NCBI GenBank assembly: GCA_963666115.2
Contig: CAXXET010000004.1
Coordinates: 224,001 to 288,000 of the forward strand
Reading direction: 5' to 3'
Source: Dehalococcoidia bacterium
Lineage (GTDB): Bacteria > Chloroflexota > Dehalococcoidia > UBA6926
Length of the DNA stretch: 64,000 nucleotides
The first letter of the stretch is position 1; every line of letters starts with the position of its first letter. The notes under the pieces were generated by a model that ran no database searches, had not been told where the DNA came from, and saw only the letters and a list, made by a program, of their open reading frames with translations. Position numbers and translations under genes: made by a program. Of the stretch, positions 40,701 to 50,408 are shown in pieces.

Positions 40701-41010
40701 CCCATTCCGCGCAGCGGCGGGCCAATTCCTTTTGATGGAGGATTTGGGTGGGCGCCAAGCCGCTGTCGGTCAGCCTGAAGTTCCGCCCCTCCGTCCGGCC
40801 GGGGTCCACGTCTTCGATGGACGTGGGATCGCCGAAGAGGAATCGCGTTTGGCCGACGTTGGCGAGCAGGTCAGCCAGCAATTCATAGCCGTAGATGCTG
40901 AAGTAGGCGGAGACGACGTCAAAGTTCGCCGCCGCGTCAAGATGGGTTCGCAGGCGATCCACCACGCGGCGGTCGGGGGTGTTATCCAGCAGGTAGTTGG
41001 GGTTGGACAC
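37762..41010 (-). CDS. PLD-nuclease/SNF2-type helicase fusion
   Basis: FLHGKMYI...GSSN (HKD-like), ADSVGLGKT, DESH, SATP, ISEGQNLQ, HWNP..LIQRFGRIDRIG. Confidence 0.9.
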   Translation of the reverse strand: MSNPNYLLDNTPDRRVVDRLRTHLDAAANFDVVSAYFSIYGYELLADLLANVGQTRFLFGDPTSIEDVDPGRTEGRNFRLTDSGLAPTQILHQKELARRCAEWVAAGAVDIRSIRQANFLHGKMYITDDAAIVGSSNFTRSGLGGSARPNLEINVDMPDPALRDELREWFDNLWNDEARTYDVKQEVLDALGRISRDYSPEIVYFKTLYEMFKDRIADMEREADAARQTRLSEKRIWQDLYEFQREGARSIIRQLQRNNGCILADSVGLGKTYTALAVIKYYELRNKSVLVLCPNKLRENWALYPRYNNRLNNPFRDDQFGYTVLAHTDLSRDGGRSGNIDLGDFNWGAYDLVVIDESHNFRNDGGKRYKKLFEEIIKDGAQTQVLMLSATPVNTSLIDLRNQIHLMTQGRADHFLETESIANLNTVMAAAQAEFKSWEEDSKKAGVRRDKSGLMAKFGPEFQRLLSTVSIARSRRQIQQSYAEEMERIGQFPTHEKPVNAYPEADTQQPVSYKDLSDRIGQFALSIYQPSAYLHDPNRRQQLEDEKSKFNFNQRDREHYLVAMLRVNFLKRLESSPHSLALTLERTIAKMDNLLERMDRFENTAELAGETPDEEDVGDDDDFLINHARRPYRLDELDRDRWRADIMRDRETLDAVRERVAAITPERDGKLQDLQAQIRRRIESPTTDNDGKENRKLLAFTTFKDTALYLYENLRQEAEARGVRMAMVAGDETRDTAPPSDAGGRYETRFQEILTDFAPVARNRRDDGTIAQDIDILIATDCISEGQNLQDCDTVVNYDIHWNPVRLIQRFGRIDRIGSRSASVRMINYWPTPNMQEYLDLENRVMARMALVDTTGGGEELFTEAGLAEGAQMELTFRDEQLRRMRDEILDIDDLGDGVVLSDFSMDYFLVQLRKFLEKNRDMLENMPFGAYAVTPEPPKDAHGPGVIFLLKQRNAGRPAPGSRPASPVHPYYLVYIGDNGTIRFGCANARQALEAFDAATAGKTDPITALSDEFTRETQQGQDMSHYNDLVEAVIAHIRQSSATAVAQGLSTGGRGFTLPRAGETPATQEDFELVTWLVIK

Positions 41011-41039
41011 GCTTTGGGTTCCTCTTGCGCCGGAGAGGG

Positions 41040-42119
41040 TTACTCAAGCCAGTTTAGCAGGCGGGTTTGGGGCCAATCTATTGTGATTTGGGTGGTTGTG
41101 TTTGGGTGGGGGCGTGTGGTGGCGGTTGTGATGGGGGCGCGGGCGTGGAGGGTTTCGCCTTGGACGTCCAGCGTTACGTCGTACATGCCGCCCTGGAGGG
41201 TTACTTCGACGATTGTTGCCGATAGCGCGGGGGGGTCATCGTTGGCGGCGGTGTGGGTGTCGGGCTGGTGGAGGGTTGCGGCCTCCGGGGGGATTAGGGC
41301 TGTGCATTGGGGGGTGGCGGGGATTTCTGCGGGGCGCCAGACGCCAAGGGCGCAGCGGGCTTCGTTCGTGCCGTCCTCGCGGGTTGAGAGTTCGCAGGGG
41401 AAGAGGTTTTCGTGGCCGAGGAATCTTGCGACGAAGGGGGTGGCGGGGTTGAGCCAGACTTCTTCCGGGGGGCCGTGCTGGACGGCTTTGCCTTGCTCCA
41501 AGACGAGGATGTCGTCGGCGACGGCGAATGCTTCATCGTGGTCGTGGGTGACGTAGATGAGGGTCACGCCCTCGTGGTCGCGGATATGGCGGACCTCCTG
41601 CGCCAGCTCCTCGCGGAGGCGGCGGTCTAGCGCGCCGAGCGGCTCATCGAGCATCAGGAGGCGGGGACGGGGGGCCAAGGAGCGGGCAAGGGCGACGCGC
41701 TGCTGCTCACCGCCAGAAATGGCATCGACGGAGCGGCCGGCAAGCGGCGCAATTCGCATCAGTTCCAGCAGCTCATCGACGCGTCGTTCGATTTGCCCGG
41801 CCTCCCATCGTTGGCTGCGCAGGCCGAACGCGATGTTGTCGCGGACGTTGAGGTGCGGGAAGAGGGCGAGGTCCTGGTGCATGAGGCCGAAGCCGCGGCG
41901 ATGAGGCGGGATGCCGTTCAGCGATTCGCCGTTCATGGCGGCCTCCCCGCCGTCAGGGGTTTCAAGCCCGGCGATGAGGCGGAGGAGGGTGCTTTTGCCG
42001 CAGCCGCTGGGGCCGAGGACTGCGAGAGATTTGCCTTCGTCCAGGTTGAAGGAGACATCCGCCAGGGCGAGAGAGGCGCCGGCGTCATAACTCTTGGTGA
42101 GGGCGGTTATTTGCAGCAC
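41040..42119 (-). CDS. thiQ: Thiamine ABC transporter ATP-binding protein
   Basis: GPSGCGKS, ISGGEQQR, LDEP, VTHD; third gene after the TPP riboswitch. Confidence 0.8.
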   Translation of the reverse strand: MLQITALTKSYDAGASLALADVSFNLDEGKSLAVLGPSGCGKSTLLRLIAGLETPDGGEAAMNGESLNGIPPHRRGFGLMHQDLALFPHLNVRDNIAFGLRSQRWEAGQIERRVDELLELMRIAPLAGRSVDAISGGEQQRVALARSLAPRPRLLMLDEPLGALDRRLREELAQEVRHIRDHEGVTLIYVTHDHDEAFAVADDILVLEQGKAVQHGPPEEVWLNPATPFVARFLGHENLFPCELSTREDGTNEARCALGVWRPAEIPATPQCTALIPPEAATLHQPDTHTAANDDPPALSATIVEVTLQGGMYDVTLDVQGETLHARAPITTATTRPHPNTTTQITIDWPQTRLLNWLE

Positions 42120-42144
42120 GTGGGCTCCTGGTAATGAGTTTTTG

Positions 42145-42192
42145 GATTCTTCGCTGCGCTCAGAATGACATGTGGGGCGCTCAGAATGACAT
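42145..42192 (+). repeat. REP-like family C with a tandem partial copy
   Basis: gattct-tcgctgcgctc-agaatgacat followed by a second gcgctcagaatgacat. Confidence 0.75.
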
Positions 42193-42196
42193 TTCT

Positions 42197-43861
42197 CTAG
42201 AACTCTCCCCAGCCTCGGTAGCGGGCGCGCTCGATTAGGAAGAATCCGGCGCCGGCGACCACCATCAGCACTGTGCTCATGGCGAGGGCGCTGGCGAGAT
42301 TGGCCGCTCCCGGACGCGTCAGGTAATTCAGGATGGCGACGGGCATGGTGGTGTATTCGGGGCGATTCAGGAGGAGGGTCGCGCCGAACTCGCCGAGGGA
42401 GACGGCGAAGGCGAAGACGCTTGCGACGAGGATGGCGCGGGACAGGATGGGGAGGTCAACGCGGGCGGCGGCGGCGAGAGGGCTTGCGCCAAGCATCCAC
42501 GCGGCCTCACGCAGATGGGGGCGGATGGCTCGCATCGTCGACAACACCACCCGTATGACGAACGGGTACGCGATGAGGGTGTGGGCGAGGATGATGGGGA
42601 CGACCGTGGTTCGCACGTCGAACGCGCCGATCCTCAGGCTGAGCAGGTAGCCGAGGCCGAGCGTGACGGCGGAGACGCCGAGCGGCAGCATGTACAGGGC
42701 GTCCAGCGGGTTGCGCCACCACGCGCGGGGGTTTCTCAAGCCGTACGCGGCAAGGACGCCGAGCGGGACGGCGAGAACGACGGTCACGGCGGCAAACGCA
42801 AGCGAGTTCCTTATAGCGTTGACCGGCGAGATGTAGAAATACTCGTTGCGGTCGTTGGACATGATGGCCGTGTAGCCGTCCAGCCCAAGCCCGTCCGGCG
42901 TGATGAATGAGCGCAGGAGCAGGGCGAGCGGCGGCGACAGGACGAGGAACACGGAGGCCAGCGCGCCAAGCCGGATGATGTAGTCCGCCGGGGAACGGCT
43001 CGCGGACGCAGTTGCGCCCTGGGCGCGGAGTCGAATGCGGGTCACAGCCGCCGACTGGAGCTTGACGTACGCCCACAACATGCCGAACGTCGCAATGAGT
43101 TGGGTGAGGGCGAGGGCGGCGGCAATGTGGGGCCTGAACAGCTTTGTCATGAGTGTGTAGATTTCCACTTCCAGCGTTGCGTGCTCAGGCGCGCCGAGGA
43201 TCAGGATGATACCAAAGCTCGTGAAGGTGAACAGGAAGATGAGCGCGGATGCGGCCGCCACCGCAGGCAGCAAAAGCGGCAGTGTCACGGTGAAAAAAAC
43301 GCGGCGGGGCGACGCGCCCAACATGGCGGCGGCCTCCTGCACCGCCGGATCCATGTTCGCCCAGAACGTGGAGAGGAGGCGCACGACGATGGCGTACTCA
43401 TAGACCACGTGGGCGATGAGGATAATCGCGAACGTGTTAAGGAGGTTGACGGGAGGCGCGTCGAATCCGAACAGGCCCGTCAGCGCGTCGTTGAGCAGGC
43501 CCGACGGGCCGAGGAGGGAGAGCAAACCAAGCGCCATGACGATGGGGGGGAGGATGAACGGAATGGTGATCGCGGCAAGGAGCGCGCTCCGGCCCCGGAA
43601 CCGGTGGCGCGCGAAGACGTAGGCGGACGGCAGGCCGAAAGCGAGAGCGAGGACGGTCGATAGAGCCGCCTGCCCTACCGTAAAGGCGAAGCGGCCCCGG
43701 AGGTAGGGATCGCTCGCGGCGTCGACGAACGGCGCGAGTATGCCCTGCCCGTCCCACCCGAGGCCGACACGCATGACGCTGACAAGCGGCCACGCGAACG
43801 CCACCAGCAGGAATCCCAGGGGCAGGCCAATCCGCGCAATGCGCCACACGCCCGCCATCAT
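42197..43861 (-). CDS. thiP: Thiamine ABC transporter permease
   Basis: Two EAA loops (QEAAAMLGA, REAAWMLGA); FTSFG and SLGEFGA. Confidence 0.85.
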   Translation of the reverse strand: MMAGVWRIARIGLPLGFLLVAFAWPLVSVMRVGLGWDGQGILAPFVDAASDPYLRGRFAFTVGQAALSTVLALAFGLPSAYVFARHRFRGRSALLAAITIPFILPPIVMALGLLSLLGPSGLLNDALTGLFGFDAPPVNLLNTFAIILIAHVVYEYAIVVRLLSTFWANMDPAVQEAAAMLGASPRRVFFTVTLPLLLPAVAAASALIFLFTFTSFGIILILGAPEHATLEVEIYTLMTKLFRPHIAAALALTQLIATFGMLWAYVKLQSAAVTRIRLRAQGATASASRSPADYIIRLGALASVFLVLSPPLALLLRSFITPDGLGLDGYTAIMSNDRNEYFYISPVNAIRNSLAFAAVTVVLAVPLGVLAAYGLRNPRAWWRNPLDALYMLPLGVSAVTLGLGYLLSLRIGAFDVRTTVVPIILAHTLIAYPFVIRVVLSTMRAIRPHLREAAWMLGASPLAAAARVDLPILSRAILVASVFAFAVSLGEFGATLLLNRPEYTTMPVAILNYLTRPGAANLASALAMSTVLMVVAGAGFFLIERARYRGWGEF

Positions 43862-43869
43862 GTGGCCGC

Positions 43870-44937
43870 CTATCCGCGCATTAGCGCAGTCCATTCATCG
43901 ATCCAGCGTTCACGCCCCTCCGCAATCGTCCTTGGGCTAAGCTGCGCCGGGTCATCGGGGATAGGAGCGAAGTCGAATACGTCCGGCAATTCCGCCTGCT
44001 CGTTCACCGGATAGACCCACATCAGGGTGGGAAAGTGCTCCTGGAACCGGCGGTCCATCATGAAGTCCACGAATTGCTGCGCGAGCTCCTCGTTGCGGAC
44101 GCCCTCCAGGATGCCGATGCCCTCGATCTGCATGAACGCGGAGTTGTCGCCCAACACGTTGGCCGTTGGCGGCTCCGTCAGCGCGCCCTCCGAGTAAAAC
44201 ACCTCTGCCGCCGGGCTGCTCGTATAGCTGACGACGATGGGACGGTCGCCCTCATACAACGAAAAGGCCGTGTAATAGGCATCCGTCCATCCGTCCGTGA
44301 CGAGAACCTCGTTGTCATGCAGGTCCGTCCAGTAGTCCTGCCACGTATAGTCCCCGTCCTCGCCAAATGCGGCGACAGTCGCAAGCAGGAACGCAAGGCC
44401 GGGCGATGACGTGGCGGGATTCTGCACGACGGTCAGGCCACTGTAGGTTTCCTCGGTCAGGGAGCCCAAATCCGTTGGCGGGGCGACGCCGTTCTCCTCG
44501 AACCACGCGATGTCGTAGTTCAGGGCGACGAAGCCAAAGTCGACGGGCATGACGTGGTTGGAGGAGTCAAGACGGTATTTGCCGGGCACCTTTTCAAGCA
44601 TCGGCGACTCATACTCGATGAATATCTCCTCGTCCAACGCCCTGCCAAGGAATGTGTTGTCGATGCCGTAGAGCAGGTCCGCAATCGGCGCGTCCTTGGC
44701 CAGGATGGCCTTGGTGAGGGCCTCGCCGGCATCGCCGGACTTGAGGATTGTGATTGTGGCGTCATGCTCAGCTTCGAACTCCGCGATGACATCTTCACCG
44801 ACATTGAAGCTGTCGTGCGACATTATGATCAGGTCACGCGGCGGCGGTTCCGTGTTGATGCTGACATTGAAGTTGTCACAGGCCGCGGCCGCCGCCGCCA
44901 GCATGATGATGAGTGCGATTGCCATTACACGATCCAT
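43870..44937 (-). CDS. thiB: Thiamine ABC transporter substrate-binding lipoprotein
   Basis: AAAC lipobox, HDSF, GDAG, GIDNT, PATSSPGLAF, GW..AY, VVSY.SSP. Confidence 0.9.
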   Translation of the reverse strand: MDRVMAIALIIMLAAAAAACDNFNVSINTEPPPRDLIIMSHDSFNVGEDVIAEFEAEHDATITILKSGDAGEALTKAILAKDAPIADLLYGIDNTFLGRALDEEIFIEYESPMLEKVPGKYRLDSSNHVMPVDFGFVALNYDIAWFEENGVAPPTDLGSLTEETYSGLTVVQNPATSSPGLAFLLATVAAFGEDGDYTWQDYWTDLHDNEVLVTDGWTDAYYTAFSLYEGDRPIVVSYTSSPAAEVFYSEGALTEPPTANVLGDNSAFMQIEGIGILEGVRNEELAQQFVDFMMDRRFQEHFPTLMWVYPVNEQAELPDVFDFAPIPDDPAQLSPRTIAEGRERWIDEWTALMRG

Positions 44938-44961
44938 GATTTGCCCTCCATGACCCTCATC

Positions 44962-44993
44962 AAAAAAACAAAGCCGCTGAACATGTCAGCGGC
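44962..44993 (-). terminator. Intrinsic terminator in the riboswitch expression platform
   Basis: GCCGCTGA-CATGT-TCAGCGGC followed by TTTGTTTTTTT. Confidence 0.85.
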
Positions 44994-45031
44994 GCTCATT
45001 GCAATCCGGAAACGCCGGGGCGTTTCCGCAG

Positions 45032-45131
45032 CCTCTTCCCTCCGCTGGCATTACCCAGCTCAGGTTCCGACGGTCGCCCCGATTCATGTGTCGGGGCCTC
45101 TCAGCCGGGCTCACCCAGCTCCCGCAAGACC
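45032..45131 (-). promoter_or_regulatory. TPP riboswitch
   Basis: GGGAGC...GGCTGAGAGG...GACCG..GAACCTGA.CTGGGTAATGCCAGCGGAGGGA consensus upstream of thiB. Confidence 0.95.
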
Positions 45132-45273
45132 CTATTCAGTTGTTACTGGCGACCAGTTTACCTGCCAAGGCGCGCACTGTCCATCAACCCTGACGCGCCA
45201 TTCGTTCGCCAAATCGTTAGAATATGTCGCAATGGACGGAACGCGCGTGACCATGCCGTATGCGGTCTAGGAC

Positions 45274-46215
45274 ATGTTAAAGGGAGCACGACCAACCGAT
45301 ATTGCCGGCCTGCTCGGGCTGGCGTCCCGCCCCACCATGAACCACGCCTACCCGTATACGCGGCTGGGGCAGGAGGCGGGCGTGGAGCGATCCGTCGCGC
45401 GGGTGGTGGGCGCGGCGTCCCTTCCCAGGAAAGGCGAAACGCTCGCAGTCGTCCTCAAGGACGGCGACGGGCCGGGCGGGCTGGCCATCGTCCGGGGCGC
45501 GCAGGGCGGAACGTCGTGGGAAATCGAGCACCTGCTGGTTCCGCCGGACGCGGAAGGGCTGTGCGCCGAACTGCTGCCGCAGCTCGACAGGATGCTACGC
45601 CCAAAGAAAGGGACGACCATTTTTCTCCGCGTGTCGGACGATAGCCCGCTGTCCGAGACGGCAGGCAGCGCCGGATTCCGCAGCTACGCGGAGGAAGAGC
45701 TGTACGTGCGGCCCGCCGGGGACCGCGCGCCGCGTGAGATGCCCGCCGATATCAGCATCAGGGTTCTTACCGAACCTGCGGATTTCCGGTTATTCCGTCT
45801 CCACACGTCGTGGGCCCCCGTTGACATGCGCGCGGCGGACGGGATGACGGCGCCAGAGTGGGAGGCGTCGTTGGCGACGCGGTGGATCGACGTGCGAAAG
45901 ACGACGGATATTGTGGCGTCCGTGAAGGGCGGGGATGCCGGCTGGGTGAGGTTTGGGCAGGCAGGCTCCAACGCCGTGATAGCCCGATGCGCCGCGTTAG
46001 CCCATCAGCCGGAGGCCGTTGAGGCGCTCATTGAATTCGTCATCCAGTCATCGGGGCGGTCACGCACAATCATGTTCCTGACGCCAACTCACGATGGGGC
46101 CACGTCCCGCGCATTGACGCTGCGTGGATTCCGAGTAGAGGCGGCATACAAGAGCTTTGCCTGCCAAATGGGGCAGCGCGTCGTAGAGGGCGCATTCGCC
46201 CCCGTCGGTCTCTAG
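45274..46215 (+). CDS. Hypothetical protein, possible tandem GNAT-like fold
   Basis: WEIEHLL, GFRSY and RGF patterns; no firm family. Confidence 0.6.
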   Translation: MLKGARPTDIAGLLGLASRPTMNHAYPYTRLGQEAGVERSVARVVGAASLPRKGETLAVVLKDGDGPGGLAIVRGAQGGTSWEIEHLLVPPDAEGLCAELLPQLDRMLRPKKGTTIFLRVSDDSPLSETAGSAGFRSYAEEELYVRPAGDRAPREMPADISIRVLTEPADFRLFRLHTSWAPVDMRAADGMTAPEWEASLATRWIDVRKTTDIVASVKGGDAGWVRFGQAGSNAVIARCAALAHQPEAVEALIEFVIQSSGRSRTIMFLTPTHDGATSRALTLRGFRVEAAYKSFACQMGQRVVEGAFAPVGL

Positions 46216-46264
46216 CGCATGGCAGAATTAATGGCGTGTGCGGTAAGCTCAAAGCAGGGTATTC

Positions 46265-47887
46265 ATGGTCGAAAGGGGTACACGTTTGGAGCAGCAGGTC
46301 TACGTTGCCAGCGAGTCGGATTCCGACGATATGGAGGCGCTGTACTCCGCGCTGCCGCCGCGCATCTCCATGCCGCTTCGCGCCCACGGCAACGCGGACC
46401 AGCTCCTTGAGATCGTCCTGGACCTTGGCCGCAAGCCCGAGGCCCGCTTCCTCGACGCCGAGATTGAGTTGAACGACGCGGAGATCACGTCGGAGGACCT
46501 CGACTACATCGTCGGGCGCGTCGGCGAGTTCAACGACGACAACCGCGCGGGAATCGAGCGCACGCTGCACCGCATCTCCGCGATCAAGAACCGGCAGGGG
46601 CGCGTCGTGGGAATCACGTGCCGCGTGGGTCGGGCAATCTTCGGAACGATCACGATCATCGAAGACCTCATCACGGAGGGCGGCAATATCCTGCTGCTTG
46701 GGCGTCCGGGCATCGGCAAGACGACGATGCTCCGCGAAGTGGCGCGCGTCCTGGCGGACGATGCGCTGCGCCGCGTAATCATCGTCGACACGTCCAATGA
46801 GATTGCCGGGGACGGCGACATTCCGCATCCCTCGTTGGGTCATGCCCGGCGTATGCAGGTGCCGCAGCCGCACCAGCAGCACCGGGTGATGATCGAGGCC
46901 GTGGAGAACCACATGCCGGAGGTCATCATCATCGATGAAATCGGCACGGAAGCGGAGGCTGCCGCGGCGCGCACCATAGCGGAACGCGGCGTCCAGCTCA
47001 TCGGCACGGCGCACGGCAACCGCCTGGACAACCTGGTTCAGAACCCGACCCTCGCCGATCTTGTGGGCGGCATACAGGCCGTGACGTTGGGCGATGAGGA
47101 GGCGCGGCGGCGCCGCACACGCAAGACGGTGCTCGAGCGGAAAGCGCCGCCAACGTTCAACGTTGTGGTAGAGATTCGCAGCCGCACTGAGGTTGCCGTT
47201 CACGCCGACGTGGCGCGGACGGTGGACATGATGCTGCGCGGCGCGCCGCCGCGTCCGCAGGCCAGAAAGATCAGCGACGAAGGAGCGGTTGAGGAAACCG
47301 AGGGCGACCAGGAGTCTTTTGAGTCGATCGGCCCGGCTCGCCCGGCCTACCAGATGGACGAGGAGCGGGAACTGGATGAGACGCGCGAGGCGGACTACCG
47401 GCGAACGTCTGCCGACGTCTTTGCGCACGGCATCGGGCGGGGAAAGCTGGAGGAGACGCTGTACACGCTCAGCCTGCCGTTCCGCGTGGTGGATTCCATC
47501 AGTTCCGCAGACGTGATGCTGACGACAAAGCAACTGTACCGGCGGCGCACACCGGCGGTGAGGACGGCGGAGGAGAACCACGTTCCCGTGTACGTTCTTC
47601 GCAAGAACACGCCGATACAGCTTGAGCAGGCGCTCCAGGCCATCGCGCACTCACGCGGCATGGCGGAGGACATCGAGTCCGTCCTGGAGGACACGGAGGA
47701 ATCGCTGCAGCGGGTTGTGGCAGGGGACGTGGATGAGATCGAATTGAGGCCGCAGAACGCGTACATCCGCAGGCTCCAGCACCAGATGGCGCAGGAGGCA
47801 AGCCTGCAATCGCATTCAAACGGGCGGGAACCGAACCGGCGCGTCCGGGTCTACCGGGCAAGCGAAGCCATCGGGGCCGGGCGTTAG
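46265..47887 (+). CDS. Ycf45/SpoIIIAA-like AAA ATPase with R3H domain
   Basis: LDLGRKP, RTLHRIS, GRPGIGKTT, DTSNEIAGDG, DEIG, TAHG; C-terminal RRLQH. Confidence 0.9.
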   Translation: MVERGTRLEQQVYVASESDSDDMEALYSALPPRISMPLRAHGNADQLLEIVLDLGRKPEARFLDAEIELNDAEITSEDLDYIVGRVGEFNDDNRAGIERTLHRISAIKNRQGRVVGITCRVGRAIFGTITIIEDLITEGGNILLLGRPGIGKTTMLREVARVLADDALRRVIIVDTSNEIAGDGDIPHPSLGHARRMQVPQPHQQHRVMIEAVENHMPEVIIIDEIGTEAEAAAARTIAERGVQLIGTAHGNRLDNLVQNPTLADLVGGIQAVTLGDEEARRRRTRKTVLERKAPPTFNVVVEIRSRTEVAVHADVARTVDMMLRGAPPRPQARKISDEGAVEETEGDQESFESIGPARPAYQMDEERELDETREADYRRTSADVFAHGIGRGKLEETLYTLSLPFRVVDSISSADVMLTTKQLYRRRTPAVRTAEENHVPVYVLRKNTPIQLEQALQAIAHSRGMAEDIESVLEDTEESLQRVVAGDVDEIELRPQNAYIRRLQHQMAQEASLQSHSNGREPNRRVRVYRASEAIGAGR

Positions 47888-47894
47888 CGCAGCC

Positions 47895-48593
47895 GTGGGC
47901 ATCTTCATCACGTTCGAGGGGTGCGACGGCGCCGGCAAGACGACGCAGGCCGCCCTGCTTGCCGAACGGCTTGCGGGACGCGAGGCGGTTATGATGCTGC
48001 GCGAACCGGGAGGCACGGAACTGGGTGATTTCATCTACTCTTACGTGCGGCACCAGAGCGACCACCCCGCGCAGCAGGGCTTCTTCCCGGAGCTTGGCAG
48101 CCCCGGCTTCCCCGGCAAGGTTGCGCCGATAGCCGAGTTGTTCCTCTTCGCCGCGGCGCGCGCCCAACTCGTCATCCAGGTTGTGCAGCCCGCGCTGGAG
48201 CGGGGAGAGGTCATCATCTGCGACCGCTTTGCGGACTCAACGACCGCGTACCAAGGCTATGGGCGGGGACTGGCCCGCGACCAGGTGGACCAGATCAACG
48301 CGATTGCCACACGCGGCGTACGGCCGGGCCTGACGATTCTGTTGGACATCGATCCTGACGAAGGGCTGTCCCGCGTTCCCCGGAAGCGCGACCGCATGGA
48401 AGAAGAGTTGAGCAGGTTCAACAATCGCGTGCGAGACGGCTACCTGGAAATCGCGGACGCCGAGCCGGATCGGTTCCTCGTGCTGGACGCGGCGCGGCCC
48501 GAACAGGAACTGCATGAACTGATCTGGGAGCGCGTGTGCCTGCTGCTCAATATCGACTCCCCCGCCGCGCAGCCCGCCCAGATGCTGCTGTAG
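47895..48593 (+). CDS. tmk: Thymidylate kinase
   Basis: [40 protein letters not shown]. Confidence 0.95.
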   Translation: MGIFITFEGCDGAGKTTQAALLAERLAGREAVMMLREPGGTELGDFIYSYVRHQSDHPAQQGFFPELGSPGFPGKVAPIAELFLFAAARAQLVIQVVQPALERGEVIICDRFADSTTAYQGYGRGLARDQVDQINAIATRGVRPGLTILLDIDPDEGLSRVPRKRDRMEEELSRFNNRVRDGYLEIADAEPDRFLVLDAARPEQELHELIWERVCLLLNIDSPAAQPAQMLL

Positions 48594-48609
48594 CGCCCCC
48601 AAAAACGCC

Positions 48610-50082
48610 ATGACAACCGACGACGCTCTCTACCACCTGCCCGCCCATGAGGCCTCGCGCCTATTGGCCGCAGGCGAGATCAGCGCGATTGAGTTGACCG
48701 AGGCGGCGCTGGGCCGCATCGAGGCGGTCGAACCGCAGATTCGCGGCCTCGTCACGGTAACTGCGGAGCAGGCGCGCGCAGCAGCGCAGCAGGCGGATCA
48801 ACGCATCCGAGACGGCAGCGCAACGCCCCTAACCGGCATCCCGCTCGTGCTCAAGGACAACATGTGCACGGAGGGCATCCTTACGACGTGCTCCTCCCAC
48901 ATGCTGGAGAACTTCGTGCCGCCCTACACTGCGACGGCGGCGCAGAAACTGCTTGACGCCGGAGCGGTCATGGTCGGCAAGTCCAACATGGACGAGTTCG
49001 CGATGGGGTCGTCCACCGAGAACTCCGCGTTTTTCCCCACGCGCAATCCCTGGGCCGCGGACCGCGTGCCGGGGGGGTCATCGGGAGGGTCGGCGGCAGC
49101 GGTGGCGGCGGGCGAGACCCTCATCGCGCTCGGCTCAGACACCGGCGGCTCAATCAGGCAGCCGGCGTCATTCTGCGGGGTGGTCGGCATCAAGCCGACC
49201 TATGGTACGGTGAGCCGTCTCGGGCTGATCGCCTTTGCATCGTCGCTCGATCAGATTGGCCCGCTGGCGTCGAACGTGACGGACGCGGCCCTGACCCTGA
49301 ACGCCATCACGGGCTACGACTCAATGGATTCAACGTCCATACGGCGGGAGGCGCCGGACTACACGCAGGCGCTGGTCCCCGACGTGCGCGGCATGAAGAT
49401 CGGCGTCGTCAAGGAGATGTTCCGGGAGGGCGTGGAGCCGCAGGTGCGCGACACCGTGCTGGCTGCCGCGCGGGCGCTGGAAGAGGCAGGCGCGATAGTG
49501 GACTGGGAGGTCTCGCTGCCGTTGACGCAGTACGCGCTGCCCGTCTACTACATCCTCGCGCCGTCCGAGGCATCGTCCAACCTTGCGCGGTACGACGGCG
49601 TCAAGTACGGCTATTCGTGGGACGGCGCGGCGGACATGTGGGAAGGGATGGAGCGGACGCGGCAGCACGGCTTTGGACCTGAGGTGAAGCGGCGCATCCT
49701 GCTGGGCGCCTACGCGCTCTCGTCCGGGTATTACGATGCCTACTACCGCAAGGCGCAGCAGGTGCGGACGCTGATTCGCCGCGAGTACGAGGACGCTTTC
49801 ACGCGGTTTGACGTGCTGTTGACGCCAACGTCGCCGACGCTGCCGTTTGGCCTGGGGGAGCGGACGAACGACCCTCTCGCAATGTACCTGGCGGATATCT
49901 GCACGATTCCAGTGAACATCGCGGGCGTGCCGGCGATCAGTTTGCCGTGCGGGTTTGTGGACGGGCTGCCGGTGGGCTTGCAGCTCATTGGGCCGTCTCT
50001 GGGGGAGGAGGCGATACTGCGGGCGGCTTACACTTATGAGCAGGCGACGGGGTGGCATGGGATGCGGGCGGAGGTGGGATAG
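48610..50082 (+). CDS. gatA: Asp/Glu-tRNA amidotransferase subunit A
   Basis: [55 protein letters not shown]. Confidence 0.96.
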   Translation: MTTDDALYHLPAHEASRLLAAGEISAIELTEAALGRIEAVEPQIRGLVTVTAEQARAAAQQADQRIRDGSATPLTGIPLVLKDNMCTEGILTTCSSHMLENFVPPYTATAAQKLLDAGAVMVGKSNMDEFAMGSSTENSAFFPTRNPWAADRVPGGSSGGSAAAVAAGETLIALGSDTGGSIRQPASFCGVVGIKPTYGTVSRLGLIAFASSLDQIGPLASNVTDAALTLNAITGYDSMDSTSIRREAPDYTQALVPDVRGMKIGVVKEMFREGVEPQVRDTVLAAARALEEAGAIVDWEVSLPLTQYALPVYYILAPSEASSNLARYDGVKYGYSWDGAADMWEGMERTRQHGFGPEVKRRILLGAYALSSGYYDAYYRKAQQVRTLIRREYEDAFTRFDVLLTPTSPTLPFGLGERTNDPLAMYLADICTIPVNIAGVPAISLPCGFVDGLPVGLQLIGPSLGEEAILRAAYTYEQATGWHGMRAEVG

Positions 50083-50125
50083 CGGGTTCCCGCTCATAGT
50101 CGCGCAAGAGGCGAGTTAGCAGGCG

Positions 50126-50150
50126 TATAATCTAGACAGACTGGCTAGAT
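50126..50150 (+). promoter_or_regulatory. -10 box and palindromic operator of the TA operon
   Basis: TATAAT overlapping ATCTAG-A-CAG-A-CTG-G-CTAGAT, just before the GGGAGG RBS. Confidence 0.6.
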
Positions 50151-50162
50151 GGGAGGGTGAGC

Positions 50163-50408
50163 ATGGGCGAGTGGAAACTCCAAGACGCCAAGAACCAGTT
50201 CAGTGCAGTCGTGGATGCCGCAGTGGGCGGCGAACCTCAGCAGGTGACGCGGCGCGGAAAGCCGGCGGTCGTCGTCCTTTCGTGCGACGACTACGAGCGA
50301 CTTAAGAGGATGGAGAACAAGCGCTTCGTTGAACTCCTCTTGTCCATGCCCCAGGACGATGGAGAATTCGAGCGCATACCCGTAGAACCTCGGGACGTCG
50401 AGTTCTGA
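50163..50408 (+). CDS. Phd/YefM family antitoxin
   Basis: WKLQDAKNQFSAVV...PQ.VTRRGKPAVVV. Confidence 0.9.
   Translation: MGEWKLQDAKNQFSAVVDAAVGGEPQQVTRRGKPAVVVLSCDDYERLKRMENKRFVELLLSMPQDDGEFERIPVEPRDVEF

Noticed and set aside
39487-41556. 689-aa plus-strand ORF and similar long antisense ORFs (28728-30380, 46070-47650, 58043-59284)
   Set aside because: They mirror well-supported genes on the opposite strand, as expected in high-GC DNA.
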